Part shown: piece after piece, positions 16,773 to 26,773 of the stretch
Numbering within the stretch: position 1 is the stretch's first letter
How the letters are laid out: every line of letters starts with the position of its first letter
Origin: an uncultured virus (IMG/VR IMGVR_UViG_3300018421_000009)
Taxonomy: Duplodnaviria; Heunggongvirae; Uroviricota; Caudoviricetes
Reading direction: 5' to 3' (one strand)
Virus record (IMG/VR): IMGVR_UViG_3300018421_000009
DNA: 64,000 nucleotides
The notes under the pieces: model-generated
The model's database searches: none
Seen by the model: the letters and a program-made list of their open reading frames with translations, nothing else
Told to the model about the DNA's origin: nothing
Translations under genes and position numbers: made by a program

Positions 16773-16810
16773 AAAAAGACTTGGCGGGGAGACTTTCCAA
16801 GTCTTTTTTT
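16773..16810 (+). terminator. Rho-independent terminator (possibly bidirectional)
   Basis: aaaaagacttgg ... ccaagtcttttttt. Confidence 0.9.
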
Positions 16811-16826
16811 ATGACTAAATATTAGT

Positions 16827-17246
16827 ATGAGGGACGAATACACATCGGCCTTTTACGACATTGTCCGAGAGGCACAATCAACTACTGGTTTTGATTTACC
16901 ATTAGAAATCGAAGCCTACGTAGTAATGCTTCTTGCAGACAAGATAGACAAACCAAATTTTCTTCCACAAACTACATTTGCACAAGAGTTTTTAAAACTT
17001 AAACGTCCATACAATTACACAGCAAAAGAACTAGGTGATAGTTGCTTGTTTGTTACTGGTGTTTTTCCTGAATATGGAATAAGTGTGCGTTACTATTCAG
17101 ATATAGGAAAAAGTTCGTATACGCTTGTACAAGAAGGTCTAAATGCAGAACTATTTGGACTTTTAGCAACACGCTTTGATTTCATTAGAGATTTCATAAA
17201 TTTAACAGTACGTAGAAATAAATCACCAATTACAGCATTGAGATAA
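16827..17246 (+). CDS. Hypothetical helical protein
   Basis: 139 aa; AYVVMLLA ... LGDSCLFVTGVFP ... YY...GKSSY; TAAATA 5 nt before the ATG. Confidence 0.75.
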   Translation: MRDEYTSAFYDIVREAQSTTGFDLPLEIEAYVVMLLADKIDKPNFLPQTTFAQEFLKLKRPYNYTAKELGDSCLFVTGVFPEYGISVRYYSDIGKSSYTLVQEGLNAELFGLLATRFDFIRDFINLTVRRNKSPITALR

Positions 17247-17254
17247 ATACTTGT

Positions 17255-17349
17255 GTCAGATAGTGTGCCGCATAATGTGGCGGACTTATGCTGTTACCCA
17301 CAGCGTACCGGATAGAACCCGGATAGGACTACTTTATAGGAGAAAACAA
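17255..17349 (+). promoter_or_regulatory. Structured 5' leader of a late structural gene
   Basis: Three consecutive hairpins (17266-17282, 17287-17307, 17308-17322) between TAAATA (17244) and SD ataggag. Confidence 0.55.
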
Positions 17350-17802
17350 ATGGGAAGACCACTAAACAAAAGATACTTCGGCGAACCAACTGCTGGAGGC
17401 AATGAAATTAAAGTTAACTTCAACGACGGTTCATCTGTTGTAGAAGGTCACATTGTAAAACAAAAAGGTTCAAAGCGTTTTGTTGTTGCGCCTTTAGGTG
17501 CTTCGGACACTGAATATACTTGCGTTCTTACTACTGGTAAATTACCAGCGGCATTAGCGGCAGGCGAAATGGCTATTTCAGTTAAAGGTGACGACGGCGA
17601 AACTTACGGTGTAAGCAAAATTGCAGGACATAAAGTTACTGTAGTTGCTCCAAGTGCAACTGGTTCAAACGCATTAGACGGAACATCAATTGCTTGGAAT
17701 TATAGTACTTCGGCTGTTGACGGTGCAGTACAAGTTGAAGAGGCTGGTGAAACAGACGACGCGGCTTCAGTTACTGATGACGATTTCACAGACGACGCAT
17801 AA
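17350..17802 (+). CDS. Virion structural protein (start MGRPLNK at 17350)
   Basis: Strong SD; own late promoter and terminator; IVKQKGSKRF motif. Confidence 0.7.
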   Translation: MGRPLNKRYFGEPTAGGNEIKVNFNDGSSVVEGHIVKQKGSKRFVVAPLGASDTEYTCVLTTGKLPAALAAGEMAISVKGDDGETYGVSKIAGHKVTVVAPSATGSNALDGTSIAWNYSTSAVDGAVQVEEAGETDDAASVTDDDFTDDA

Positions 17803-17809
17803 GGCACTT

Positions 17810-17837
17810 AGTGGGGGAGCAATCCCCCACTTATTTT
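17810..17837 (+). terminator. Rho-independent terminator
   Basis: agtggggga-GCAA-tcccccact then tatttt. Confidence 0.85.
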
Positions 17838-17848
17838 AAGGATTTAGA

Positions 17849-18817
17849 ATGTCAAAGTTTTTAACAGTACCAAATGGTGATTATACAGTTAAAGTTCAAG
17901 AAAGCGGAACTATTACTTTAGATACCGGCGCAGGTCTTGGTGAAGTTCATATCACAGGCGACTTACGCATTGATGGTGAAACTACAACTGTAAACACTAC
18001 AAACTTAGACATTGAAGATAATATTATTACGCTTAACAAAGGCGAAACTGGTAATGGTGTAGGTGAAGGTACGGCAGGAATTGAAATTGATAGAGGCACA
18101 GCAGATGATGCCCAATTAATTTTTGACGAAACATTAGAATATATTAATCCAAATGCTCCGGCAGTTCAATCTTTTGGTACATGGGTACTAAAGAAAACTA
18201 ATGGCGAATATTTAGGTTTAAGAGCACCAAGTATTCAAACAGGTGGCAGTTCTTTATATATTAATACTAATGACAATCCTGTATTTGTTGTTGGCGATTC
18301 AGGACAATATGCACTTAATACAACAGATGAAGGCCATCTTACTAACAAGCGTTATGTTGATGATTTAGTTAGTAGAACACTAGACGATTTACAAATTAGA
18401 AGAATTAATGACGGCAACACAATGGTTGAAGTTACTGACTCAGGTGACGGTACACTATTAAGCCGAGTTGATTTTATGATGGATAGTTCTATTATTGCAA
18501 CATACTATCCAGACAGAATTGAATTAAACGATTTAAGAATTACAGGACAAACTATTGCTGGTACTGTAAGTAACGGCGATCTTATACTAGATGCTCCAGG
18601 TACTGGTACAGTTAAAATTAACGATGTACTGCAAATTACAGAAACGCCTGGAACAGATGACCCTGTTACTGACCCATCGGCTCCAACTGACGGTGTTAAA
18701 ATTTATGCTAAGTCAGAAGGAACAGGAAACACAGGCTTATATTTTGTAAATACAAATAATACAAACGACGAATTAATTAGTAGAAATAGAGCCCTATTAT
18801 ATGGGTATCTACTATAA
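17849..18817 (+). CDS. Tail fibre/structural protein
   Basis: G.L...G.TTTVNTTNLDIEDNIITLNKG..G...AGIEIDRG and TNKRYVD fibre motifs. Confidence 0.75.
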   Translation: MSKFLTVPNGDYTVKVQESGTITLDTGAGLGEVHITGDLRIDGETTTVNTTNLDIEDNIITLNKGETGNGVGEGTAGIEIDRGTADDAQLIFDETLEYINPNAPAVQSFGTWVLKKTNGEYLGLRAPSIQTGGSSLYINTNDNPVFVVGDSGQYALNTTDEGHLTNKRYVDDLVSRTLDDLQIRRINDGNTMVEVTDSGDGTLLSRVDFMMDSSIIATYYPDRIELNDLRITGQTIAGTVSNGDLILDAPGTGTVKINDVLQITETPGTDDPVTDPSAPTDGVKIYAKSEGTGNTGLYFVNTNNTNDELISRNRALLYGYLL

Positions 18818-18831
18818 GGATAAATATTACG

Positions 18832-19179
18832 ATGGCTATAAAAAATATTTTAGTAGATAATACACAACAAGCAATTATTACTGTTCCAGCAGGTAAACAG
18901 TATGCAATCCTCACATTGGTTGTATGTAATACTGCCGCAGAAGATTTAACAGGGGCAAATGATTCAACTTTTGATTTATATTTTGTACCATCAGATGTTG
19001 CTAACGGTGCTATTACAGTTGGCGCACAAACACAAATTGCCAAACAAGTTAGTGTAGCAGGTTCAGATAGTTTTACGTTTGACACTGAAAAGATGGTTTT
19101 AGGTGAAGGCGATAGAATTATTCTTACAGGCCAAGCACCTTACAACTTAGCGGCAACAGTAAGTTTCTTGGAAGTGTAA
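18832..19179 (+). CDS. Small beta-rich fibre adaptor protein (paralog of 26443 and 40852)
   Basis: TVPAG..YAI..L.VCN ... EK.VL..GD ... VSFLEV. Confidence 0.7.
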   Translation: MAIKNILVDNTQQAIITVPAGKQYAILTLVVCNTAAEDLTGANDSTFDLYFVPSDVANGAITVGAQTQIAKQVSVAGSDSFTFDTEKMVLGEGDRIILTGQAPYNLAATVSFLEV

Positions 19180-19706
19180 TGAAATTTCTAAAAGCACAAA
19201 CCACAAATAGACGCGGAGTGTTTAGAGGCAAAGGTGCATTTTATAATGCAAACGGTGTTTTTGAACTTAGATCGAAAGCGGCTATAACAGTACCAGTTGG
19301 TGCTGATGCTGATAGACCTAGTTCTCCAGCATTAGGTATGATGCGTTTTAACACTACAAATAACAGTGTTGAATTTTATGATAACGGTGTATGGAAAGAA
19401 ATTAGACTTAAAGAACCAACACCTATTACACAACAAGATTTAGGAACAGGCGACGGTGTTGAAACTGTATTTGGTCCTCTAAATGCAAATGACACTTCTT
19501 ACCCAGTTCCAACATCTGCACAAGCAGTACTGGTGCTAGTTGAAAACGTACTACAAATTTCAACAACAAACTACACACTAGAACAAAGTTCATCAGGAAA
19601 CTTAGCAGGTCCTAATTCACCATATGCTGATGGTTGGTATATTAAATTCCTTTCAGCAATTCCAAACGGCAAATCAGTAACAGTCCTACATAACTTCGAC
19701 AAGTAA
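19179..19706 (+). CDS. Structural protein (fibre/baseplate associated)
   Basis: VPVG..ADRP.....GMMRFNT motif shared with the 19737 and 22728 genes; GDG..TVF..VLVENVLQ. Confidence 0.7.
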   Translation: MKFLKAQTTNRRGVFRGKGAFYNANGVFELRSKAAITVPVGADADRPSSPALGMMRFNTTNNSVEFYDNGVWKEIRLKEPTPITQQDLGTGDGVETVFGPLNANDTSYPVPTSAQAVLVLVENVLQISTTNYTLEQSSSGNLAGPNSPYADGWYIKFLSAIPNGKSVTVLHNFDK

Positions 19707-19736
19707 ATCCAATAAATACTTGTATGGAGGGTTATA

Positions 19737-22589
19737 ATGTCTCTAGGTAAAATATCAGGTCCACTACTCAGTAGAAACCTATTAAGAGAAACAGATCTAG
19801 CATTTGAAACAGACTTGCTTTATATCGGACATACCGATGGCAAGATTGGTATCAATACGGTTACTCGCCCTCGTGATTTTACAGTTAACGGTACACTAAA
19901 AGCACGTAGTACTGGATATGACTTAGAAATTACAAATCAACTAAACATCGGCGACTTAACATTTGGTCCAAATGGCATAAGCACAATATCAGGAAACATT
20001 TATCTTAATCATGCCGGCGGCAGTGTAACAACAGGCGGCTTACAAACTCCTACTATTGAAATTAATGACAACTATGTTGGAACTCATGTAACAAACGGTG
20101 ATATTAATTTTGTTCCAAACGGAGTAGGTACTAATGAAATTATTACAGCAGGTCAAACAGTTAATGTCAATGGCAGTGTTCATGCTACTGGTAACATTAC
20201 ATTTGATGGCAGTATCCTTATTGGTGGAGATGGTGATGAAGACAATGTAGCATTTCGAGGCGACATTGAAGGTAATCTAACACCTGATGTAACAAACACT
20301 TGGGATATTGGTACAGACGCACAACGATTTAATTATAACACTACAAATTTATTAGTTAATAATGTTATTAGTGCAGAAAACGTAACTATTGATGGAATTG
20401 AAGTTACACTTTCACAAGGAAATATATGGTATGTTGCTGTAAATGGCGATAATACAAGACGTGGCACAAGTCCACAAGGTCCTTTAGGCAGTATTAAGTA
20501 TGCGTTAAGTCAAGCACAAGCAGGAGATACTGTTTTTATTAATACAGGAGATTACGAAGAAGAATTTCCATTAGAAGTTCCAGCAGGTGTTACTGTAAAA
20601 GGACAAGATTTGCGTAATGTAATTATTCGTCCTACAACAGATAATCAAAGCGAAGACGCATTTTTACTAAATGGCGAAAGCACAGTTGAAAATGTAACTG
20701 TAAAAGATTTTTATTATGACAATGTAAATGATAAAGGTTATGGTTTTCGTTTTGCAGGTGACATGAGAGTAAGTACACGTTCACCTTATATTAGAAACGT
20801 AACTGTAATTACACACGGAAGTGCTACAAGTGCAAGTGACCCAAGAGGTTTTAATAGTGGAGATGCAGGCAAAGGTGCATTGTTTGACGGAAGTGTTTGC
20901 GACCATGAAACAAAAGAAGCAAGTGCATTATTCCATAGTGTAACTTTTATTACACCTGGAGTAGATTGTATTACTCTTATCAACGGTGTTAGAGTTGAAT
21001 GGTTAAATTCTTTTACATATTTTGCTAATCGTTCTTATTATTTGCAAAACGGAACAGGTAGATGGCGTTCAGATAGTACACTTGCTAAAGGAGCAGAACT
21101 ACGATCAATAGGTTCAGCAAGTATTTACGGTAACTATGGTATTGTTGCAGATGGTGATGAGTGTTTAGCATATCTTATTTCGCATAACTTTGCGTATATT
21201 GGTTCTGGCAATGATGTTAGTAATGATAATACAACAACAATTCAAAGTCAAGAAACAGTAGAACTAAACAACGGTAAAGTTTACTTTAACTCACAAGACC
21301 AAATGGGTAACTTTAGAGTTGGTAATAACTTTTATGTAAATCTAAAAGACGGAACTACTAGTATTGATGCTGATACCGTTGACGCATCAGGTATTTCTAG
21401 TTTACGTGTAACAACTCCTCAAGGAGATACATCATATATTGACGGTGCTAATGTCGAAACTGGTGCTATTAGAATAATTTCACCTAATAAAATTAAATCA
21501 GTATCTGGACCTATATACTTCGAATCGCCTTCAAACGTACATAATATTAATACTGATGCAAGATTTGAAAAACTAACACTTACAGGAAATCTTACACTAG
21601 GAGGTTCGCTTGTAACTATTGGTAATGAAGCATCAGATACAGTAGATTTTAATACTCCGTTTGATCAAAATGTTTATCCTTCAGCAGATAACACATACGA
21701 TTTAGGAACTGAAAACAAACGTTGGAAAAATGCTTACCTAAATGAAATAGAAGTAGACAGTTTTACATTTAATGAAAACTATATTCGTGTTAATAACACA
21801 AATGAAAATCTAGAATTACGTGCTAACGCTTCTGGATATGTTAAATTTGACGATTTAAAATCTAAAACAAATATAATATCTACAGATACAGCAGACATTA
21901 CTTTTACTCCAGGTGAAAATCTAAAAGTTACATCAACTACAAGACTACAATTACCTGTAGGAACTTCGCAACAGCGTTCAAACAATGTTGCTGATATTCG
22001 TTATAATACAGATTATCAAAATTTTGAAGGTTATAATGGTGGAACTGTAGTAATGCCTGGATTATATGACTCAGACAGAGACACATATCTTGACCTATCC
22101 AACAACGAATTTACATTTTACACAGGCGGAAATGCAAACAGTGTAATAAACGGAACAGCATTAACAACTAATCGTTTTGATTCGCAGAATTCTTTAAGTA
22201 TTGACGGAAATACTCTTACAAGTGCTACACCGAATGCAGATATTCAATTTGTTTCTAACGGAACAGGTAGTATTGGTCAGGAAGATCTAGACTTTAAAAA
22301 CAGTACAATTACTAATACTTTAAATACTCCGTTTACTTTCCAATTAGCAGACATATATTCTTATGTTAAATTTGATCAACCTAGTGGTTTAGTAGTTCCT
22401 TGGGGTACTTCTGCACAACGTCCTACAAATCCAGAGCCAGGACATACACGTTTTAATACGGACCCTAGTAAATTGTTCCTAGAATCGTGGAACGGAACAC
22501 AGTGGGTTTTAGCGGCAGGTGGCGGTGAATCTGTTACTGAAGAGTACGCTGAAGATGTGAACTTCCTTTGGAACATTATCCTATCCTAA
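19737..22589 (+). CDS. Large tail fibre/baseplate protein with beta-helix-like domain
   Basis: WYVA.NG.....G.....P...I..AL..A..GDT..I..G.Y.E..PL.VP.GV motif; paralog of 22728. Confidence 0.75.
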   Translation: MSLGKISGPLLSRNLLRETDLAFETDLLYIGHTDGKIGINTVTRPRDFTVNGTLKARSTGYDLEITNQLNIGDLTFGPNGISTISGNIYLNHAGGSVTTGGLQTPTIEINDNYVGTHVTNGDINFVPNGVGTNEIITAGQTVNVNGSVHATGNITFDGSILIGGDGDEDNVAFRGDIEGNLTPDVTNTWDIGTDAQRFNYNTTNLLVNNVISAENVTIDGIEVTLSQGNIWYVAVNGDNTRRGTSPQGPLGSIKYALSQAQAGDTVFINTGDYEEEFPLEVPAGVTVKGQDLRNVIIRPTTDNQSEDAFLLNGESTVENVTVKDFYYDNVNDKGYGFRFAGDMRVSTRSPYIRNVTVITHGSATSASDPRGFNSGDAGKGALFDGSVCDHETKEASALFHSVTFITPGVDCITLINGVRVEWLNSFTYFANRSYYLQNGTGRWRSDSTLAKGAELRSIGSASIYGNYGIVADGDECLAYLISHNFAYIGSGNDVSNDNTTTIQSQETVELNNGKVYFNSQDQMGNFRVGNNFYVNLKDGTTSIDADTVDASGISSLRVTTPQGDTSYIDGANVETGAIRIISPNKIKSVSGPIYFESPSNVHNINTDARFEKLTLTGNLTLGGSLVTIGNEASDTVDFNTPFDQNVYPSADNTYDLGTENKRWKNAYLNEIEVDSFTFNENYIRVNNTNENLELRANASGYVKFDDLKSKTNIISTDTADITFTPGENLKVTSTTRLQLPVGTSQQRSNNVADIRYNTDYQNFEGYNGGTVVMPGLYDSDRDTYLDLSNNEFTFYTGGNANSVINGTALTTNRFDSQNSLSIDGNTLTSATPNADIQFVSNGTGSIGQEDLDFKNSTITNTLNTPFTFQLADIYSYVKFDQPSGLVVPWGTSAQRPTNPEPGHTRFNTDPSKLFLESWNGTQWVLAAGGGESVTEEYAEDVNFLWNIILS

Positions 22590-22613
22590 TAACCAAAAAC
22601 GATAAATACTATT

Positions 22614-22727
22614 AATGCTACAATGGAAGACCAATCCGTAGCAGGACTTACTGTGGTCAACCCGCAAAGAGCCGAAAGGATGAAAATGTGGTTGGAGGGA
22701 CAAGATCCCCGTTTATAGGAGAATAAA
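22614..22727 (+). promoter_or_regulatory. Structured 5' leader with potential pseudoknot
   Basis: Stem 22616-22643; loop GACCA complementary to TGGTC at 22654; cc-GAAA-gg at 22672; ggga/tccc before SD ataggag and a GTG start. Confidence 0.55.
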
Positions 22728-25700
22728 GTGGCAGTTGGTCGTATATCTGGTCCGCTTTTGAAGGCAAACCTACTTCGCCAAGGAGTGGATCTCGCTTTTG
22801 AAACGGATTTATTGTACTTAGATGTTAATAATAGCCGAATAGGAGTTAACACTAACGCACCTGCGACCGCTCTCGATATAAACGGAACAGCAAGAATTCA
22901 AACATTAGATATTTTAGACACTACATTACCAATTGGTAATATTACTATTGACGGTGCTACAAATACAATATCTACTACACAGCCTGTATTCACTATCACA
23001 ACACCAAATCACGTTGTTTATCAAGACAAATTGATTATTGACGATATTGAAATTGATAATGCTACTATTAGAGCAACAGGCACAAACCAGAATTTAGAGT
23101 TTAGACCAAACGGAACTGGTACTGTAAACTTCTTTGGTGACACAAATATTACAGGTAATTTACACGCAACCGGCAATATTACAGCAGATGGCGATATTAC
23201 AATTGGTGATAGCGACACAGATACTATCGTAATTAACGCTGATATTAACTCAGATCTTATTCCAGATGTTACTAATACCTACACAATTGGTACTCCTACT
23301 AAAATTTGGTCACACGGTTACTTTAATGATCTAACAGCAACTAGTATTACAACTGCTGGATTAACAATTGGTGACTTAGATTTAACACTTACTCCGGGTA
23401 ATGTTTATTACGTTGCTCAAAATGGAGACGATGCACATTCAGGCGAACACCCACAAGATCCGTTTGCTAGTTTGTCATATGCACTTAGCCAAGCAACTGC
23501 TGGAGATACTATTCACATTTACCCAGGGACATACGAAGAAACGTTTCCTTTAACAGTTCCAACAGGTGTAACTGTTGTTGGTGAAAGTGTTAGAGGTGTA
23601 AAAATTGTCCCTACAGCAGGAACAAATAATAATGATGCGTTTTTATTAAACGGAGAAACAAGTGTAGTTAATTTAACTGTTGCAGATTTCTTCTACGACA
23701 GTATCAATAACACAGGATGGGCATTTAAATTTGCAAGTAACTTTGAAGTTACTACACGTTCACCATATATTAAAAATGTTAGTGTAATTACAGCAGGTAG
23801 TGTTACAAGTGCAAGTGATCCGAGAGGTTTTGATCAAGGTGACGCAGGCCGCGGTGCATTTATTGATGGTGAAATAGCAACTGCTAACTCACGTGAAGCA
23901 AGTATGTTGTTCCACAGTGTAACATTTATTGTTCCAGGTGGTGTTGGTGTACTAGCAAAGAATGGTGCAAGGGTTGAGTGGTTAAACTCATTTGTATATT
24001 TTGCAGATAAAGCAATTATTGGTGAGAATGGTACTAACGGATTAAAAGGTACAGGACGTACAAAAACTAAATTAAGTGGACTAGTTGGAACACCAACAGC
24101 AGGTGAAACATTTGTCTATACAGACAGTCAAGGCAATGCTGTAAATGCAACTGTTAATGAAGTTGATGGAAATTACATTTACTTGAATAATAATGTTTCT
24201 GGACTAGAAACAAAATATGAACGTGGCGGAAAAACTGTTGTTGCTGTTGACAATGCACAAATTGATACTGCAATTAAAAAGTTTGGTACAGGTTCGCTAT
24301 TATTAGACGGTACTGGAGATTATATTTCTGTTGCTAACGATCCAGACTTTGGTTTTGGCACAGGTAATTTTACTATTGAAGGATGGTTTTATGCTAATGA
24401 TGTTACAGGTACAAAATCATTAGTAGACCTAAGAGCAGGCACAGCAGTTGATTCGGGATTATATATAAAATCAGATAGTGCTACTGTTAGTGTTACACAC
24501 AACGGCACACAAATACTAAGTGGCGGCGTACTTTCAACAGCAACATGGACTCACATTGCTGTAACAAGATCCGGTACAACAATTAATTTATATGTTAACG
24601 GTACTAGAGTAGACTCAGATAATACTTTTAGTGACGACTTAGGTTCTGCTAAACCGTTATTGATTGGTGCGGCATATGACGGATCGAGTGGATGGGACGG
24701 ACAAGTTGATGATTTTAGAATTTCAACTGTTGCAAGATACACACTTGGTAGTTATACTCCACCATTAAATGAAGTTTCAAATGATGTTGACACACAAATT
24801 CTTTTAAGATTTAACGGAACAGACGGCTCGACAACTTTTGAAGATGATGTTATTGTTGAACAAGCAATTGGATTTGGCGGCGGTGCCTATGCAACAGGAA
24901 TTGAACTAGCAGACTTTTCAGACTTTGGTTGTGAAGTTCGTTCAATTGGTAGTGCGTGTGTATATGGCAACTATGGTGCGTATGGTGATGGTAACGGTGT
25001 TATCATGTATCTTATTTCACAGAACTTTGCGTACATTGGCAACGGTAAAGAAACAGATAATGATCCAACAACAGTATTACAAAGTCAAGAAGTTACAAAA
25101 CTTAATAATGCAAACGTATATTACAGTTCAGTTGACCATAAAGGTGATTTTAGAGTTGGTGACATTTTCCATGTTAACCAAGCAGACGGTACAGTAAACT
25201 TTACTAATGCAAACTTTAACATTGATACATTACAAAGTGTAAGATTTAGTACAGGTTCATCAACTACAATTATTAATGGCGATCAAATTCAAACAGGCAA
25301 TATTAGATTAAGCGGTAATACTATTGAAAGTTTAAGCGGAGATTTAAACTTTGATGCACAAGCAGGAATGGTATATTTTAATGACGATGTTAATATTGCA
25401 GGTAACTTAGATGTTGTTGGTGACGTAACCATTGGCGGTAATATTACTATTGGTGATGAAGTTACAGACACTATTCAAATTGTTGCAGGTATTGCAAGTA
25501 ATCTTGTTCCAAGCCAAGACGGTGTTTACACACTAGGTACTGTTTCAAACGAATGGCGTAAATTATACGCAAGAGAAATTCAAGTTGATGATATTAACAT
25601 CAACGATAATGTGATTCAAACTACAAATACTAACCAAGACTTGGAGTTACGTGCTAGTGGTACAGGTAGTATTGTAATAGATGATTTAAGTTTTAAAACT

Positions 25701-26438
25701 AACATTGTTAGTTCTACTAATGATATTATATTATCTCCAGGTAGTGAAAGTGTAGACATTGACGCAACAGGAAGTTTACGCTTACCAAGAGGTACAACAC
25801 TAGAACGTCCAGGCACACCTGAACTAGGTATGCTACGTTATAACACAGATACTGATGTATTTGAAGGATATGACGGAAATTGGATTACACTAAACGGTAT
25901 TAGAGACGTTGACCAAGATACATATATCCTTGCAGAGTCGACACCGGGTGCAGACGACGATACACTAACGTTTTTTGCCGCAGGACAGCAGGTTGCAGAC
26001 GTTAATAGCACTAGATTTAATGTAAATAAGTTAGCAGTAGACGATATTGAAATTGAAGGTAATACTGTTAGAACAGTAACCCTTAATACAGATTTAAACC
26101 TATTAGCAAATGGTACTGGTAAAGTAATCATTGAGAACTTTGGCTTTAATGCTAATTCGATAACTAATACTGTAGCAGGTGCAGTTACAACACTTGCCCA
26201 AACAGGTACTGGATACTTTAAAATTGAAGGTACTGGTGGATTTGTTATTCCAGTTGGTGATCTAACTAATAGACATCCGACACCAGAAACTGGAATGATG
26301 CGTTTTAACACAGCAGACGATCGTGTTGAAATTTATGATCCATCAGGACAATGGGTATCAGTAGCAGGTAGTTCGGGTGCTGTGTCGGCACAAGATGCTG
26401 AAGAAATTGCAATTAAGATGGCGGTTACGATAGGATAA
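22728..26438 (+). CDS. Large tail fibre protein with LamG/concanavalin A-like domain
   Basis: GRISGPLL..NLLR..DLAFETDLLY N-terminus; FTIEGWFY...WTHIAVTRSG...LYVNG...G.VDDFRIS LamG pattern. Confidence 0.8.
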   Translation: MAVGRISGPLLKANLLRQGVDLAFETDLLYLDVNNSRIGVNTNAPATALDINGTARIQTLDILDTTLPIGNITIDGATNTISTTQPVFTITTPNHVVYQDKLIIDDIEIDNATIRATGTNQNLEFRPNGTGTVNFFGDTNITGNLHATGNITADGDITIGDSDTDTIVINADINSDLIPDVTNTYTIGTPTKIWSHGYFNDLTATSITTAGLTIGDLDLTLTPGNVYYVAQNGDDAHSGEHPQDPFASLSYALSQATAGDTIHIYPGTYEETFPLTVPTGVTVVGESVRGVKIVPTAGTNNNDAFLLNGETSVVNLTVADFFYDSINNTGWAFKFASNFEVTTRSPYIKNVSVITAGSVTSASDPRGFDQGDAGRGAFIDGEIATANSREASMLFHSVTFIVPGGVGVLAKNGARVEWLNSFVYFADKAIIGENGTNGLKGTGRTKTKLSGLVGTPTAGETFVYTDSQGNAVNATVNEVDGNYIYLNNNVSGLETKYERGGKTVVAVDNAQIDTAIKKFGTGSLLLDGTGDYISVANDPDFGFGTGNFTIEGWFYANDVTGTKSLVDLRAGTAVDSGLYIKSDSATVSVTHNGTQILSGGVLSTATWTHIAVTRSGTTINLYVNGTRVDSDNTFSDDLGSAKPLLIGAAYDGSSGWDGQVDDFRISTVARYTLGSYTPPLNEVSNDVDTQILLRFNGTDGSTTFEDDVIVEQAIGFGGGAYATGIELADFSDFGCEVRSIGSACVYGNYGAYGDGNGVIMYLISQNFAYIGNGKETDNDPTTVLQSQEVTKLNNANVYYSSVDHKGDFRVGDIFHVNQADGTVNFTNANFNIDTLQSVRFSTGSSTTIINGDQIQTGNIRLSGNTIESLSGDLNFDAQAGMVYFNDDVNIAGNLDVVGDVTIGGNITIGDEVTDTIQIVAGIASNLVPSQDGVYTLGTVSNEWRKLYAREIQVDDININDNVIQTTNTNQDLELRASGTGSIVIDDLSFKTNIVSSTNDIILSPGSESVDIDATGSLRLPRGTTLERPGTPELGMLRYNTDTDVFEGYDGNWITLNGIRDVDQDTYILAESTPGADDDTLTFFAAGQQVADVNSTRFNVNKLAVDDIEIEGNTVRTVTLNTDLNLLANGTGKVIIENFGFNANSITNTVAGAVTTLAQTGTGYFKIEGTGGFVIPVGDLTNRHPTPETGMMRFNTADDRVEIYDPSGQWVSVAGSSGAVSAQDAEEIAIKMAVTIG

Positions 26439-26442
26439 AAGA

Positions 26443-26772
26443 ATGGCAACGTTTTTTAAAAATAAAGTAGTAAAAGAAATAGGAACAATTGATGTACCGA
26501 TCTACGAAGTAGGTCCAAGTACTAGAGCAACTGTTATTGGTATGAGTTTGGCTAATCTAACTAGTTCTGTTGTAAGTGCTAGTGTAAAAATATCCGACGA
26601 TACATCAGTAACAGGGTTTTATTTAAAAGACATTCTTATTCCACCTAACTCAACTTTAAAAGTTTTAAATGGTGGTGAAAAAATAATTTTAGCGGCAACA
26701 AATACGATTTATGTTGTTGCAGATATTGATGCAAGTTTAGACTGCGTCATGAGTTTTGTGGAGATAGTGTAA
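26443..26772 (+). CDS. Small beta-rich fibre adaptor protein
   Basis: IYEV...ATVIG.SLAN...IPPNSTL....EKIIL...SFVEIV. Confidence 0.7.
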   Translation: MATFFKNKVVKEIGTIDVPIYEVGPSTRATVIGMSLANLTSSVVSASVKISDDTSVTGFYLKDILIPPNSTLKVLNGGEKIILAATNTIYVVADIDASLDCVMSFVEIV

Positions 26773-26773
26773 T

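Noticed and set aside
17251..17349. N-terminal extension of the 17350 gene from TTG 17251 (likewise the extended starts at 6854, 11125, 16116 and 2663)
   Set aside because: Internal ATGs have a better SD or promoter context.
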